Positions 39,087 through 47,884 of a stretch of DNA of 64,000 nt are shown here, piece after piece. Position 1 is the stretch's first letter. Each line of letters opens with the position of its first letter. The position numbers were made by a program, and so were the translations under genes. The DNA is from Candidatus Bathyarchaeota archaeon (GTDB lineage: Archaea; Thermoproteota; Bathyarchaeia; 40CM-2-53-6): the NCBI GenBank assembly GCA_005882895.1, contig VBBD01000009.1:7648-71647 (forward strand). The letters run 5' to 3'. The notes under the pieces are model-generated. The model searched no databases, had not been told where the DNA came from, and worked only from the letters and a program-made list of their open reading frames with translations.

Positions 39087-39716
39087 CTATTTGTTTTGAT
39101 TCAAGGCTTCGATTAGGGCTTTGGCGACTGCGTCTTCGTCGTGTCTGACCCCGTTGACGTAGAATGTTGGTGTGCCGTTGACTCCACTCCTCACTCCACC
39201 CATGAAGTCGTCCTTGATCCGTTTCTGATATACGTGCTGAGCAATCTCACGCTCAAACTTTTGACCATCCAAGTCCAGCTTCTTTGCGTAGCCAAGGGCG
39301 ACCCTCGGGTCCCCGAGAGTTGCTTGGTTTTCATAGAGAAAGTCGTGCATGGGCCAGAACTTTCCCTGAGCAGAGGCTGCCTCTGCTGTCTCAGCGGCGT
39401 TCATGGCATGCTCGTGAATATTTGTCAGTGGAAAGTTGCGGAACACGAACCGTAATTCAGAGCCGAGTTCCTTCTGGACCCTTTTCACCTCAGGATATGC
39501 CGCGCCACAGTACGGACATTGATAGTCGCCATACTCGACAAGAGTGAGAGAGGCGTTCACAAGCCCTTCAATGTGGTCGCGCTCAGGAGCAACCGGAATT
39601 TCCAGCTTCGGAGCGCGATACTTTCCCGCGGTTTCCTTGCCAGTTGGTTCCAGCAAGGTCTTGCCCGTACCCCGCTTTCGCGCAACAGTCGTTGTCCCGG
39701 ACATCTTCGAGATCAA
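39087..39716 (-). CDS. DsbA-family thiol:disulfide oxidoreductase (thioredoxin fold)
   Basis: 'LVEYGDYQCPYCGAAYPEVKRV' is the CPYC active site in the DsbA context. Confidence 0.75.
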   Translation of the reverse strand: MISKMSGTTTVARKRGTGKTLLEPTGKETAGKYRAPKLEIPVAPERDHIEGLVNASLTLVEYGDYQCPYCGAAYPEVKRVQKELGSELRFVFRNFPLTNIHEHAMNAAETAEAASAQGKFWPMHDFLYENQATLGDPRVALGYAKKLDLDGQKFEREIAQHVYQKRIKDDFMGGVRSGVNGTPTFYVNGVRHDEDAVAKALIEALNQNK

Positions 39717-40363
39717 CTCTTCTCAGTCACTGGAGCCTTGCTCAGATTCTCGAGGGCCGACAAAATGCCGTCGGCTCCTGGGTTGATTCCGTCAGGGGAG
39801 AGGTGGCTCCATCTGATAATTCCCTTGTCGTCGATCACGAAGAGGGCGCGAGCGGACTCGCCGATCTTCTCCTTGTAGGCACCATACTTTCGAGAGACAA
39901 CTCCTTTTGGCTCGAAATCTGCCAGTACAGGAAAGTTGAGCTTCCGGTCCTTGACGAAGGCGAGGTGGGACCAGATATTGTCGACTGAAATGGCAAGGAG
40001 TTCTGCGTTGAACTTTTTGAATTCTGGCATTACCATCGCGTACAATGATAACTGGTCAGTGCAAACGGGGCTCCAGTCTGCAGGGTAGAAAGCAAGGATC
40101 ACAGGTTGTCCCCGGAAATCATTTAGGGACACTTTCTGGTCGGGAGTGCTGTTAAGAGAGAAGTTAGGCGCTGTCTTGCCTGGTCCTAAGACAGAGTCCA
40201 CGGTCTTCACAATCTTCTTGGTCTTCGATGGCTTTTGCGGGCGATTTCGTGCTGTAGCCTTGTTGTCCAATTTCCTCATTCTTCGCCTTTTCCCCCGTTG
40301 CATCAAACTGGCTTTCAGAGGAGCCCCCCCTCTTCCCTGGAAAGAATTGACATTGCAGAGCAT
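39713..40363 (-). CDS. Peroxiredoxin (AhpC/TSA family), with an unusually long basic N-terminal leader if the start is at 40363
   Basis: 'GQPVILAFYPADWSPVCTDQL' carries the peroxidatic Cys in the PxxxTxxC context. The leader 'MQRGKRRRMRKLDNKATARNRPQKPSKTKK' may mean the real start is internal. Confidence 0.8.
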   Translation of the reverse strand: MLCNVNSFQGRGGAPLKASLMQRGKRRRMRKLDNKATARNRPQKPSKTKKIVKTVDSVLGPGKTAPNFSLNSTPDQKVSLNDFRGQPVILAFYPADWSPVCTDQLSLYAMVMPEFKKFNAELLAISVDNIWSHLAFVKDRKLNFPVLADFEPKGVVSRKYGAYKEKIGESARALFVIDDKGIIRWSHLSPDGINPGADGILSALENLSKAPVTEKS

Positions 40364-40472
40364 TCCCCTCTCGCGCTATTTATAGACTAACTGGCCGACT
40401 GGTCTTATGTCAAAGGTTCGGCCAGAGTCATCCTGCTGGTGACCTCTTGAGATTTCCTAGGTGTGATTTGCG

Positions 40473-40802
40473 TCAAGGGTCGATGCTAGTATAGTGCTTG
40501 GGCTTCAGGAGGTCGCTGACCACCTTCTCCCTTAGTTGGGCAACTTGGTCTCTCAAGGATTCGCCGAAAGAGAAGCCAGTCCTCAGGGAATATTCTTTGT
40601 AGAGTTCTGCCACCGTCTTGTAGACAAGAAGCTGGGCACTGGTTCCGAAGACTCTTGCGAGGACCTCGATCACTTCGTCGAACCTGCTGGAGATTTCCGA
40701 CGGTTTGATCCCGTTCTTCTCCAATAATTGGAAGATCTCTTCCCTGACGGTTCGGCCAAGTATGTCTTCAAGGACAGTAGTGAAACATTGGTTCAGTGTC
40801 AT
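40473..40802 (-). CDS. Small helical protein, paralogue A (family unknown), divergent from the KaiC-like ATPase
   Basis: 109 aa. Clearly paralogous to ORF 43036..43395: 'RFDEVIEVLARVFGTSAQLLVYKTVAELYKEYSL' versus 'RFEDVVKTLMERLGSSARVIAYRTVVELYKEFAL'. Confidence 0.55.
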   Translation of the reverse strand: MTLNQCFTTVLEDILGRTVREEIFQLLEKNGIKPSEISSRFDEVIEVLARVFGTSAQLLVYKTVAELYKEYSLRTGFSFGESLRDQVAQLREKVVSDLLKPKHYTSIDP

Positions 40803-40912
40803 TTGAAACGTTTCTTCTATCTTGGTCCGCGTGGTATGGCCTCCTCGCCCATTCGATCGATGCCATAATGTTCAGTAGTGTCCAACCGTGGAATCCGTTG
40901 TTTGGTTACACA

Positions 40913-42445
40913 ATGCTTGTCGCAGGAGAAGAACCGTCTTGCGCCGAGAATATGATAGCTGAGGACGTCTCCGGCGAGGAGGGACCAGTGCTAGAACCCC
41001 TTGCTGAAGCGAAACAGATAGGTGTTGAGAAGACGAAGACTGGCGACCTTCTGGACCTTATGTCAAGATTCCTAGAATCGCCAGGAAACGTTCTGCTCAT
41101 CCAAGGTGCCCCGGGCACCGGGAAAACAACGCTCGCCCTTGAACTTCTAAACGAGATGAAAGGAACCCGCATCGGTCCTCACACAATTTCTGCCAACAAG
41201 GTGTATGTGTCAAGCCGAGTCTCTTCTTCGAAACTGCACCGACACTTCCCCGGGGTTCATGAAGTACTCGATTCTATGTCTGGAAAAGAGGCAGCGGGCA
41301 GCGGGACGCGGATAGGAGGGGATAGTCGAATAGCAGGAGCAGCGAACATTGTTGGCAGGATTCTTACGTTGAAGCGAGCTAAACAGAAAGGCATCATAGT
41401 TGTGGACAGTTGGGAAGGTGCAATAGCGAACGCGACGGAGGAACAACGTAATGCAATGGAAACCGCGATTTTTCAGGACTTGGAAGAGAGCAAGCTAAGC
41501 GCGGTAATTGTGAGCGAAAGCGAAAATTCTCCTAAGCTCGACTATCTCGTAGATGGCATCGTAACACTTTCGCTATCCCACTTGGAAGATAGGACTGTGA
41601 GGAGCGTAGTTGTCAACAAGCTTCGCGGGTTCAGGCTTCACACACAAGGGGCGCTGTTTTCGCTCGACGGGGGCAAGTTCACCCTACTACCGAGGGTTGA
41701 GTTTCACTTTGACATTGATAGATCAGTCAATCCGAAGCTACTAAGCCCCGTGCGTAATTCCGAATCCTCCTATTCGACCGGTAGTCCGGACCTTGACGCG
41801 TTGTTGGACGGTGGAGTCAGGAAAGGTTCTTCTCTTCTATTGGATGTCAACAGCACCGTCTCGCCCCACTCCGTGAAGCTTCTCCTCGACATCATGGCGG
41901 CGAACTTCATCAATCAGGGAGGGACGGCGTTCATCATTCCCTACAGCATATTCAGCTCGCAAAACATTGCTGAGTCTCTGAAGACCTACGTCGGAGACAC
42001 GGTGCTGAATGAGAGAGTCCGGATAGCAGAGTTCAACCAAGTTCTTCCCGATGAAAAATGGAGGGTGAAGCTCACAGGCAGGCTACAGGAAGATCTAGCC
42101 GCTTTCAATAACGCATGGAACGAACTCGGAACTATCTCATCAGCGAGGGCGCTGAAATACGATTTCGACAAGACAGTACAGCTTTACGGCGAAACTCTAG
42201 GGCTGCCTGGCATCGCCGAAATAGGGGCAGGAATTCGTGATTCAAGGGCGCTCAGCGTCGGTGTAATCTCACGACCAACCACCCTTAGGGAGGAACTTCT
42301 GAGGGCAGTTGACTACCACTTGAAGATGCAAACGGTCAACGGGTCACTGCTCATCTATGGGGTCAAACCGATTACCAATGTTCATGGTGTAAAATTCGGT
42401 TTTGAGCGAGGGTACCCTAGATTGTCCTTAACGGAAATCGTCTAA
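40913..42445 (+). CDS. KaiC/RecA-like ATPase with one active domain and a second, Walker-less (degenerate) KaiC-like domain
   Basis: Domain 1 has 'TGDLLDLMSRFLESPGNVLLIQGAPGTGKTTLALELL' (Walker A) and 'KGIIVVDSWEG' (Walker B). Domain 2 reads 'GSPDLDALLDGGVRKGSSLLLDVNSTVSPHSVKLL', with the P-loop replaced. The table ORF start at 40796 overlaps the divergent gene, so I used an internal ATG (40913; 40952 is also possible). Confidence 0.7.
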   Translation: MLVAGEEPSCAENMIAEDVSGEEGPVLEPLAEAKQIGVEKTKTGDLLDLMSRFLESPGNVLLIQGAPGTGKTTLALELLNEMKGTRIGPHTISANKVYVSSRVSSSKLHRHFPGVHEVLDSMSGKEAAGSGTRIGGDSRIAGAANIVGRILTLKRAKQKGIIVVDSWEGAIANATEEQRNAMETAIFQDLEESKLSAVIVSESENSPKLDYLVDGIVTLSLSHLEDRTVRSVVVNKLRGFRLHTQGALFSLDGGKFTLLPRVEFHFDIDRSVNPKLLSPVRNSESSYSTGSPDLDALLDGGVRKGSSLLLDVNSTVSPHSVKLLLDIMAANFINQGGTAFIIPYSIFSSQNIAESLKTYVGDTVLNERVRIAEFNQVLPDEKWRVKLTGRLQEDLAAFNNAWNELGTISSARALKYDFDKTVQLYGETLGLPGIAEIGAGIRDSRALSVGVISRPTTLREELLRAVDYHLKMQTVNGSLLIYGVKPITNVHGVKFGFERGYPRLSLTEIV

Positions 42446-42680
42446 CTCCTATCAGAACAAATTCGTCACATGTCGAATCGTGCCGAAAACAGACACCGGG
42501 TTCCCGCGGATTGCAGAGTCGTCAACCTATCGCCGCTTCTACTAAGGAATCTGAACTCAACACCGGAGCTTAGTTCACGAACACACACGCCCCATCGGCG
42601 GGTATCCAAGTGTGTTTCTTTGTAAACTGCACATCTAAGTTCAAGGTCACGAAAACTAGTGACAAGTCTCAGGGTGGTCG

Positions 42681-42929
42681 TTGGGTAGAAGGACCCATAG
42701 GATAGTACTGGTGCTTGAAGACGCTCTAGTTAACCAACTGGAAAGCATAGCCCGGAAAAAGAGGACGAGCATCGAGGATCTGCTCAAGGAGCGCGTCATA
42801 CAGGAGTGGATAGGCAAAAGACGTATCGTTAATCAGCGGGTCTTCGAAGAACGCCCGAAGCGAACCCGCCGGGCCAACAACCGTCACAGTCGCCCCGAAC
42901 CAGTCCGCCAGACTGCCAGTGGTAGTTGA
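42681..42929 (+). CDS. Ribbon-helix-helix (CopG/MetJ-like) DNA-binding protein with basic C-terminal tail
   Basis: 'RIVLVLEDALVNQLESIARKKRTSIEDLLKERV' has the beta-strand, helix, helix RHH pattern. Confidence 0.5.
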   Translation: MGRRTHRIVLVLEDALVNQLESIARKKRTSIEDLLKERVIQEWIGKRRIVNQRVFEERPKRTRRANNRHSRPEPVRQTASGS

Positions 42930-43035
42930 TGCTAGCCATTGGCGGGAAGAAGGGGTTACCGCTTGTCTCGAATGATGGAAACGCTAGGCGTATCCGGTCG
43001 TTCCCTCGCTCGTTTCATCACTATCTGGGCGATCC

Positions 43036-43395
43036 ATGCGTACGAACTTAATGCCTGGGTTTCAACTGGCTGTGGACTACTGGTTCGACCATGTCCTGCA
43101 AGGAATGGGTGGACCCATCCGGGACTGGATCTATGATTTCCTAAGCAAGAAAGGCATCAGCCGGGAAGATATCCCTGGCAGATTTGAGGATGTTGTGAAG
43201 ACACTGATGGAAAGGTTAGGGTCGAGCGCACGTGTCATCGCTTATAGGACGGTGGTTGAGCTGTACAAGGAGTTCGCGCTGCCACCGAACTTCGAGTATG
43301 ATGATTCTTTGCCGGATAGATTTGTCTATCTCAAAGAGAGAGTGGTCGCGGATCGGCTGCATCCAACAACCCCCAGTCTAAGATTTCCTACCTAA
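43036..43395 (+). CDS. Small helical protein, paralogue B of 40473..40802
   Basis: See paralogue A. Identity of about 40-45% over about 90 aa. Confidence 0.55.
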   Translation: MRTNLMPGFQLAVDYWFDHVLQGMGGPIRDWIYDFLSKKGISREDIPGRFEDVVKTLMERLGSSARVIAYRTVVELYKEFALPPNFEYDDSLPDRFVYLKERVVADRLHPTTPSLRFPT

Positions 43396-43559
43396 CGGGC
43401 CTCTTTCTTTATCGACTCTACTAAGAAGCAACTGCACAATCGTTCTCTTCTGTAATCTCTCAATACGTTATAGGGGTTGGGCAACCTGTCCGGCCGCCAG
43501 ATCTCTTCTGTTTGGATCAAAAATAGTGGAACTACCGTTTCGCCTACGAGCAGAATAGT

Positions 43560-44393
43560 CTAGACGTGAGACGAGGCAAAAGACTCATGACTCATTTGTT
43601 CTAAGAATGAGGACACGATGGCGTTGAATTCTTCCGGTCTGGACATGTTGGCGATATGGTCTGCGCCTTTTATGACTCTGAGCTTCGATCCAGGTATTAG
43701 CTCGTGCAAGCTCTTGGCCATCAGCTGGCTAGCCTTTACGTCTTGGTCTCCCACGATTAGAATCGTGGGTATGCGAATCTGATTCAGCTTTGCGAAGGCG
43801 GGTGGCTCAGGTGACTTTTGTAGTTTGTTCGGCGGGTTCTTGTGCATGTGTGAGTTAGCGGTTGCTATCTCGAGAATACGACTCTTGCTCGTCGCTCCTT
43901 GGGCAGAGGCCCAAATCTCGAGATCCATATTGACAGCGTCGTCTATTCTGTTTTCGCTAATTGCAAGATCCTGTAGGCCCTCTCTCTTGTCAAGTTCTTC
44001 CCATTCTCTATCTTCCTCTGGACCCGAGCTCCTATAGCCGCGTATCCCGGGCGAGACGAGAATCAGACTGTTTACCATAGAAGAGTGGACAGAAACGAAG
44101 TCGAGTGCGATTCTGCCTCCGTTGGAGACCCCAAGAATGCTAGCGCTCTCAATCTTGAGATGCTTGAGTAAAGTGAACAGGTCTTCTGCGTCTGAATACT
44201 CTGCGCTGGGCTTGCTTGACCTCCCGTAGCCTCTCACATCATAGCGGATGACCCGCAGATTCTTCGCGAACTTCTGGAACTGCTCGTTCCACATTCTGTT
44301 GTCGAGGAAGCCAGCGTGTATCAGTACAAGAGGGGTCCCTTCGCCTGCGGTTTCGTAGTATAGACTCCCTCCCCGAACCGTTAGATAGCTCAT
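43560..44393 (-). CDS. Alpha/beta-hydrolase fold protein
   Basis: 'PLVLIHAGFLDNRMW' and the nucleophile elbow 'LGVSNGGRIAL'. Confidence 0.75.
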   Translation of the reverse strand: MSYLTVRGGSLYYETAGEGTPLVLIHAGFLDNRMWNEQFQKFAKNLRVIRYDVRGYGRSSKPSAEYSDAEDLFTLLKHLKIESASILGVSNGGRIALDFVSVHSSMVNSLILVSPGIRGYRSSGPEEDREWEELDKREGLQDLAISENRIDDAVNMDLEIWASAQGATSKSRILEIATANSHMHKNPPNKLQKSPEPPAFAKLNQIRIPTILIVGDQDVKASQLMAKSLHELIPGSKLRVIKGADHIANMSRPEEFNAIVSSFLEQMSHESFASSHV

Positions 44394-44637
44394 TTACGCT
44401 GCTCGGTTTGCGGCAACATAGTATTGTTCTTTCGGAACTTCCTGTATGACGACTATTGTCTGGTCCCGCGGCGCCTTTGCAATCTTCTCCACGGCGTCTG
44501 TGATCGCCTTGGCAAGATCGTCCTTCTGCTGTTGCGTCCTCCCCGGGTACATCAAAACCCTAACAATCGGCATGGAAATGAACCAGACTTTCCCTGCTCA
44601 AGAAAGTTTGCATGGTTGTGAGATCCGGTTCAGCCTA

Positions 44638-45351
44638 TTAACGAGCGGGCTCATGATTTCCACTCCTCCACTTGGCGGAGCCGTGGATCTCTCCTTGTAG
44701 AACGTCGTAGGCTAGTGGTCCGTCTCTGTCGTCAACCACCATTATGATGTCGCCGTAGCCTAGAAAGGCGTCTAGGATGTTGACGCCGTTTCTGAACAGA
44801 AGTTCGGTGATATAGGATGCTATTCCAGGGGTCATCTCGGCGCGAGGCGAGAGGTTGAGTGTCAGCTTGGCCACGTTCTCCTGTGTCGTCGCCTCTCGAA
44901 GGTGCTCCAGTTTTCCTCGGACTAGGGCGTAGTCTTCTCCGGGCAGGATGAGTTTGATAGAGTTTGAGAGTGGGAAGAGGTGTGGGAACTCTGAGAGATC
45001 GCTCCAGACTTCTGACAATTCTTTGATTATGGTCGAGAACTGGGTCTTTGGTGCTCTTATCGTCACGTCTACTATGCCGCTTGAAAGGGAAATCCTCGCG
45101 TCCTTGAGGACTCTCGACGCGTCGGGGCTCTTGTCGTTTGATAGGGTGTCGGAGAACCTCTTGATCGCTACGACTAGCGTGTTGATGGTGGCCTCTCTTC
45201 CGCTCAGTTGTTTGACTTGTGGCTGGATGAGTTCTGCGAGGGAGTGGAAGTTCATGAGCTTCATCTTCAAGCATTGATAGATGGGATAGTTTCTGGTCAG
45301 AATCTCACGCACCGCTTCCGGAACGCTTACACTGTTTCCGTGAACTGTCAA
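44638..45351 (-). CDS. Hypothetical protein with C-terminal ACT-like domain. The start is uncertain (TTG 45351 or ATG 45264)
   Basis: 'MTPGIASYITELLFRNGVNILDAFLGYGDIIMVVDD' is an ACT-like beta-alpha-beta-beta unit. The N-terminal part of the table ORF runs into an A/T-rich promoter. Confidence 0.4.
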   Translation of the reverse strand: MTVHGNSVSVPEAVREILTRNYPIYQCLKMKLMNFHSLAELIQPQVKQLSGREATINTLVVAIKRFSDTLSNDKSPDASRVLKDARISLSSGIVDVTIRAPKTQFSTIIKELSEVWSDLSEFPHLFPLSNSIKLILPGEDYALVRGKLEHLREATTQENVAKLTLNLSPRAEMTPGIASYITELLFRNGVNILDAFLGYGDIIMVVDDRDGPLAYDVLQGEIHGSAKWRSGNHEPAR

Positions 45352-45462
45352 GCCTTGTGATTCCTTGCCTTGGTGTAATATATGGTGGTTCCGAAATAAA
45401 AGTCTTATATGCAAGTAACAAGTGTTACTGTACTGCAATAAAATGCAGTAGAAAAAACAACA
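45352..45462. promoter_or_regulatory. A/T-rich divergent promoter region with two perfect inverted repeats
   Basis: GTAACA-ag-TGTTAC at 45415-45428. TACTGCA-ataaaa-TGCAGTA at 45431-45450. TATA-like 'taatatat' at 45376-45383. Confidence 0.45.
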
Positions 45463-45981
45463 ATGCAAACCAATATGAATTTCCCGACCTACGTGTTCGC
45501 GACCGTCAATCCGGGCCGCAGCACCAACGTGGTTGAGGAGCTAAAGCGAAACAGCCAGATTGACCTCATCGCACCGGTCACAGGCCGATACGACCTAGTC
45601 CTACGCCTGAAACCGAACACCCCACACAACATCTACCAGACAGTCAAAGAAATCCGCGAGATCAACGACATCCGCACAACCGACACTCACACAGGCTTCG
45701 ACGGTATTCAGCCGACCAAGAAATTCGAGAACCAAATGGCCCTCGGCTTTTCCTTGTTAAACTGTGAGCACACTACCAGCGAGAACGTCATCAAGCAGCT
45801 CAGCAGCATACCCGGCTTCGTAGAAGCATCTACGGTACCCGGACAGTTCGACATAGTCGCACTCTGGCAAGCACGAACCTCTGAAGACATTGTGAAGACC
45901 TCCGTTGAGAGAGTTAGTCACCTTGATGGTATCTTCAAGAGCGAGACACTTCTCGCTTATGCACCGTTCTTCAAAGCGTAA
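45463..45981 (+). CDS. Tandem RAM-domain (Lrp/AsnC C-terminal ligand-binding domain) protein without HTH
   Basis: Two repeats, 'YVFATVNPGRSTNVVEELK...IDLIAPVTGRYDLVLRLK' and 'MALGFSLLNCEHTTSENVIKQLSSIPGFVEASTVPGQFDIVALW', each following the beta-alpha-beta-beta-alpha-beta RAM pattern. Confidence 0.55.
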   Translation: MQTNMNFPTYVFATVNPGRSTNVVEELKRNSQIDLIAPVTGRYDLVLRLKPNTPHNIYQTVKEIREINDIRTTDTHTGFDGIQPTKKFENQMALGFSLLNCEHTTSENVIKQLSSIPGFVEASTVPGQFDIVALWQARTSEDIVKTSVERVSHLDGIFKSETLLAYAPFFKA

Positions 45982-46117
45982 TCATCCAAATATAGCTCCG
46001 TCAACCTCCCCCCTTTTTTGGACCCTCTGTTCTTTGTGTGTGAAGATTTTCAATCGTCCATCGACCAACTGACCGTGCTCGCGAACGGGAGACATTTACT
46101 GGAAAGTAAAGATAGAT

Positions 46118-47527
46118 CTAATGAGCTCTGGGAAGTTCCCGGAGACTTTCTTCTGCGGCTGCAAGAACTCTTTCAACGTCAAGCTCGTCGTGTGATGCAG
46201 AGACCATGATTCTCTCCATACCATCAGGATGGAAGTAAACCCCTCTCTGTAGCATTAGGTTACGAAATGTCCTGAATCTCTCCGTGTTTGCATAGAGGGT
46301 CTGTCGATACCCCGTTATCTTGCGTTCTTTGGTGAAGAACACCTGGAACATGGGTCCGAGACCTTGAACGATCCCCTCATGATCGTAACGTTCCATTAGT
46401 TCTCCTAGTCCCTCCATGATTCTTGCTCCGGTGGTATGCATGTGCCTGAATGCCTCGTCATCGTTCCTGGTAAGCTCCCGCAACGTTGCCTTGGCTGCGG
46501 CGAGGCACATCGAGTTCCCGTTGTATGTTCCACCGTAGCCGATTCGTCCCGGCCCGATCATACCCATGACATCTCTTCGGCCTGTGACCGCTGCGATCGG
46601 TGCTCCGCCGCCTAGGGCCTTTGCAAAGCAGGACAAATCGGGCTTTACGCTATAGAATTCTTGAGCTCCACCAGGAGCGAGACGGAACCCGGTCAGGACT
46701 TCATCGAAGATGAGGAGTACGTCGTCATTGTCAGCGATTTCTCTGACAGACTTGAGATAGTCTTCGTCTGGCAGAATTACGCCGGAGCTTCCGAGAACTG
46801 GTTCCATGATAATTGCGGCAAGGTCCGCTGCGTTCTTCTTGACGGCCTTCTCTAGGGCAGTTGTATCGTTCCATTTTGCAATGACAACGGTCTTTGCTAT
46901 CTCTTCAGGGATTCCGGGATAGAACGGAAGCTTCGAAGGGGACTGTTCCAGTCCAGCCACAACCGAAGGTGATTCCACGCTGAAGAGGACATAGTCGTGA
47001 TGTCCGTGATAATGGCCTTCGAACTTGAGGAGCTTCTCCCTCCCTGTGAACGCTCGAGCAATCCGGACCGCCTCCATCGTAGCCTCTGTCCCCGTGTTCG
47101 AGAAGCTGACCATCTCAGCAGACGGAACCATCGACTGAATCTTCTTTGCAACCTCCACCTCCAACTCAGTAGTGGTCCCAAGCATGGAACCGTTCTGAAG
47201 CTGATCAGCGACAGCGCTGACAATTGCTGGGTGAGCGTGCCCGAGGATTAGCGCACCATAGGCGATTAGGAGGTCCACGTACTCGTTCTCGTCAAGGTCG
47301 CGAACTCGGGACCCCAGACCGTTCTTGAAGAGGATTGGGAAGGGGTCGTGAGCGTGAACGCGGATATTCGAGGACGCCCCCGATGGAAGGTGCCTTCTCG
47401 CTTCTTGGTATGTGGCGTATGATCTGGAGAAATTTGTGAGGAGTGGCAGTGAGGGACGAGCTATTCGTCGTTCGGCCTCGGCCCTTGCTTGGCTGAGGGC
47501 GTTCTCTGCTTTGAGCTTTGTGAACAA
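46118..47527 (-). CDS. Class-III (PLP) aminotransferase, glutamate-1-semialdehyde 2,1-aminomutase-like
   Basis: 'DLDENEYVDLLIAYGALILGHAHPAIVSAVADQLQNGSMLGTTTELEVEVAKKI', 'SNTGTEATMEAVRIARAFTGREKLLKFEGHYHG' and 'DEVLTGFR' with the Lys-containing 'SCFAKALGGG' motif are all GSA-AT-like. It has an N-terminal extension of about 30 aa. Confidence 0.8.
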   Translation of the reverse strand: MFTKLKAENALSQARAEAERRIARPSLPLLTNFSRSYATYQEARRHLPSGASSNIRVHAHDPFPILFKNGLGSRVRDLDENEYVDLLIAYGALILGHAHPAIVSAVADQLQNGSMLGTTTELEVEVAKKIQSMVPSAEMVSFSNTGTEATMEAVRIARAFTGREKLLKFEGHYHGHHDYVLFSVESPSVVAGLEQSPSKLPFYPGIPEEIAKTVVIAKWNDTTALEKAVKKNAADLAAIIMEPVLGSSGVILPDEDYLKSVREIADNDDVLLIFDEVLTGFRLAPGGAQEFYSVKPDLSCFAKALGGGAPIAAVTGRRDVMGMIGPGRIGYGGTYNGNSMCLAAAKATLRELTRNDDEAFRHMHTTGARIMEGLGELMERYDHEGIVQGLGPMFQVFFTKERKITGYRQTLYANTERFRTFRNLMLQRGVYFHPDGMERIMVSASHDELDVERVLAAAEESLRELPRAH

Positions 47528-47884
47528 CGGCTTATTCCTCCCATGTCTAATAGTCTATTCCGCTTGGCGGGTATAAAAAGATGTATTTTTTCGGTGTTTT
47601 TGTTAGGGTTTCGAACTTTTTATCCGCTCCACGTACTCGCGCCCCACAAAATCATCCCTTTGGAAACAACGCAACTATTTCTGCTCCCTCAGCGAGTCCC
47701 GAGCAAGCCCATTACTGTAGGCGTTGGTCCCCATTCTCTAGTCCCTGCAGGGGGATGTTCATTCGAGAAATAATGTCCTAGCACCCGATGATGGATTCAA
47801 TGGCCCTGAAAGGTGAACCCCTCTGGTTCAAGTCCCCGTGAGCCTCCTACCACCCGCTTTTTGTCTTCGTCATTTCGCTGGAGA

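Noticed and set aside
44638-45468. Full-length table ORF starting MHCCFFYCILLQ for the ACT-like gene
   Set aside because: The first about 40 codons run through the A/T-rich palindromic promoter and are Cys/Phe/Leu-rich nonsense. The start was moved to TTG 45351 or ATG 45264.
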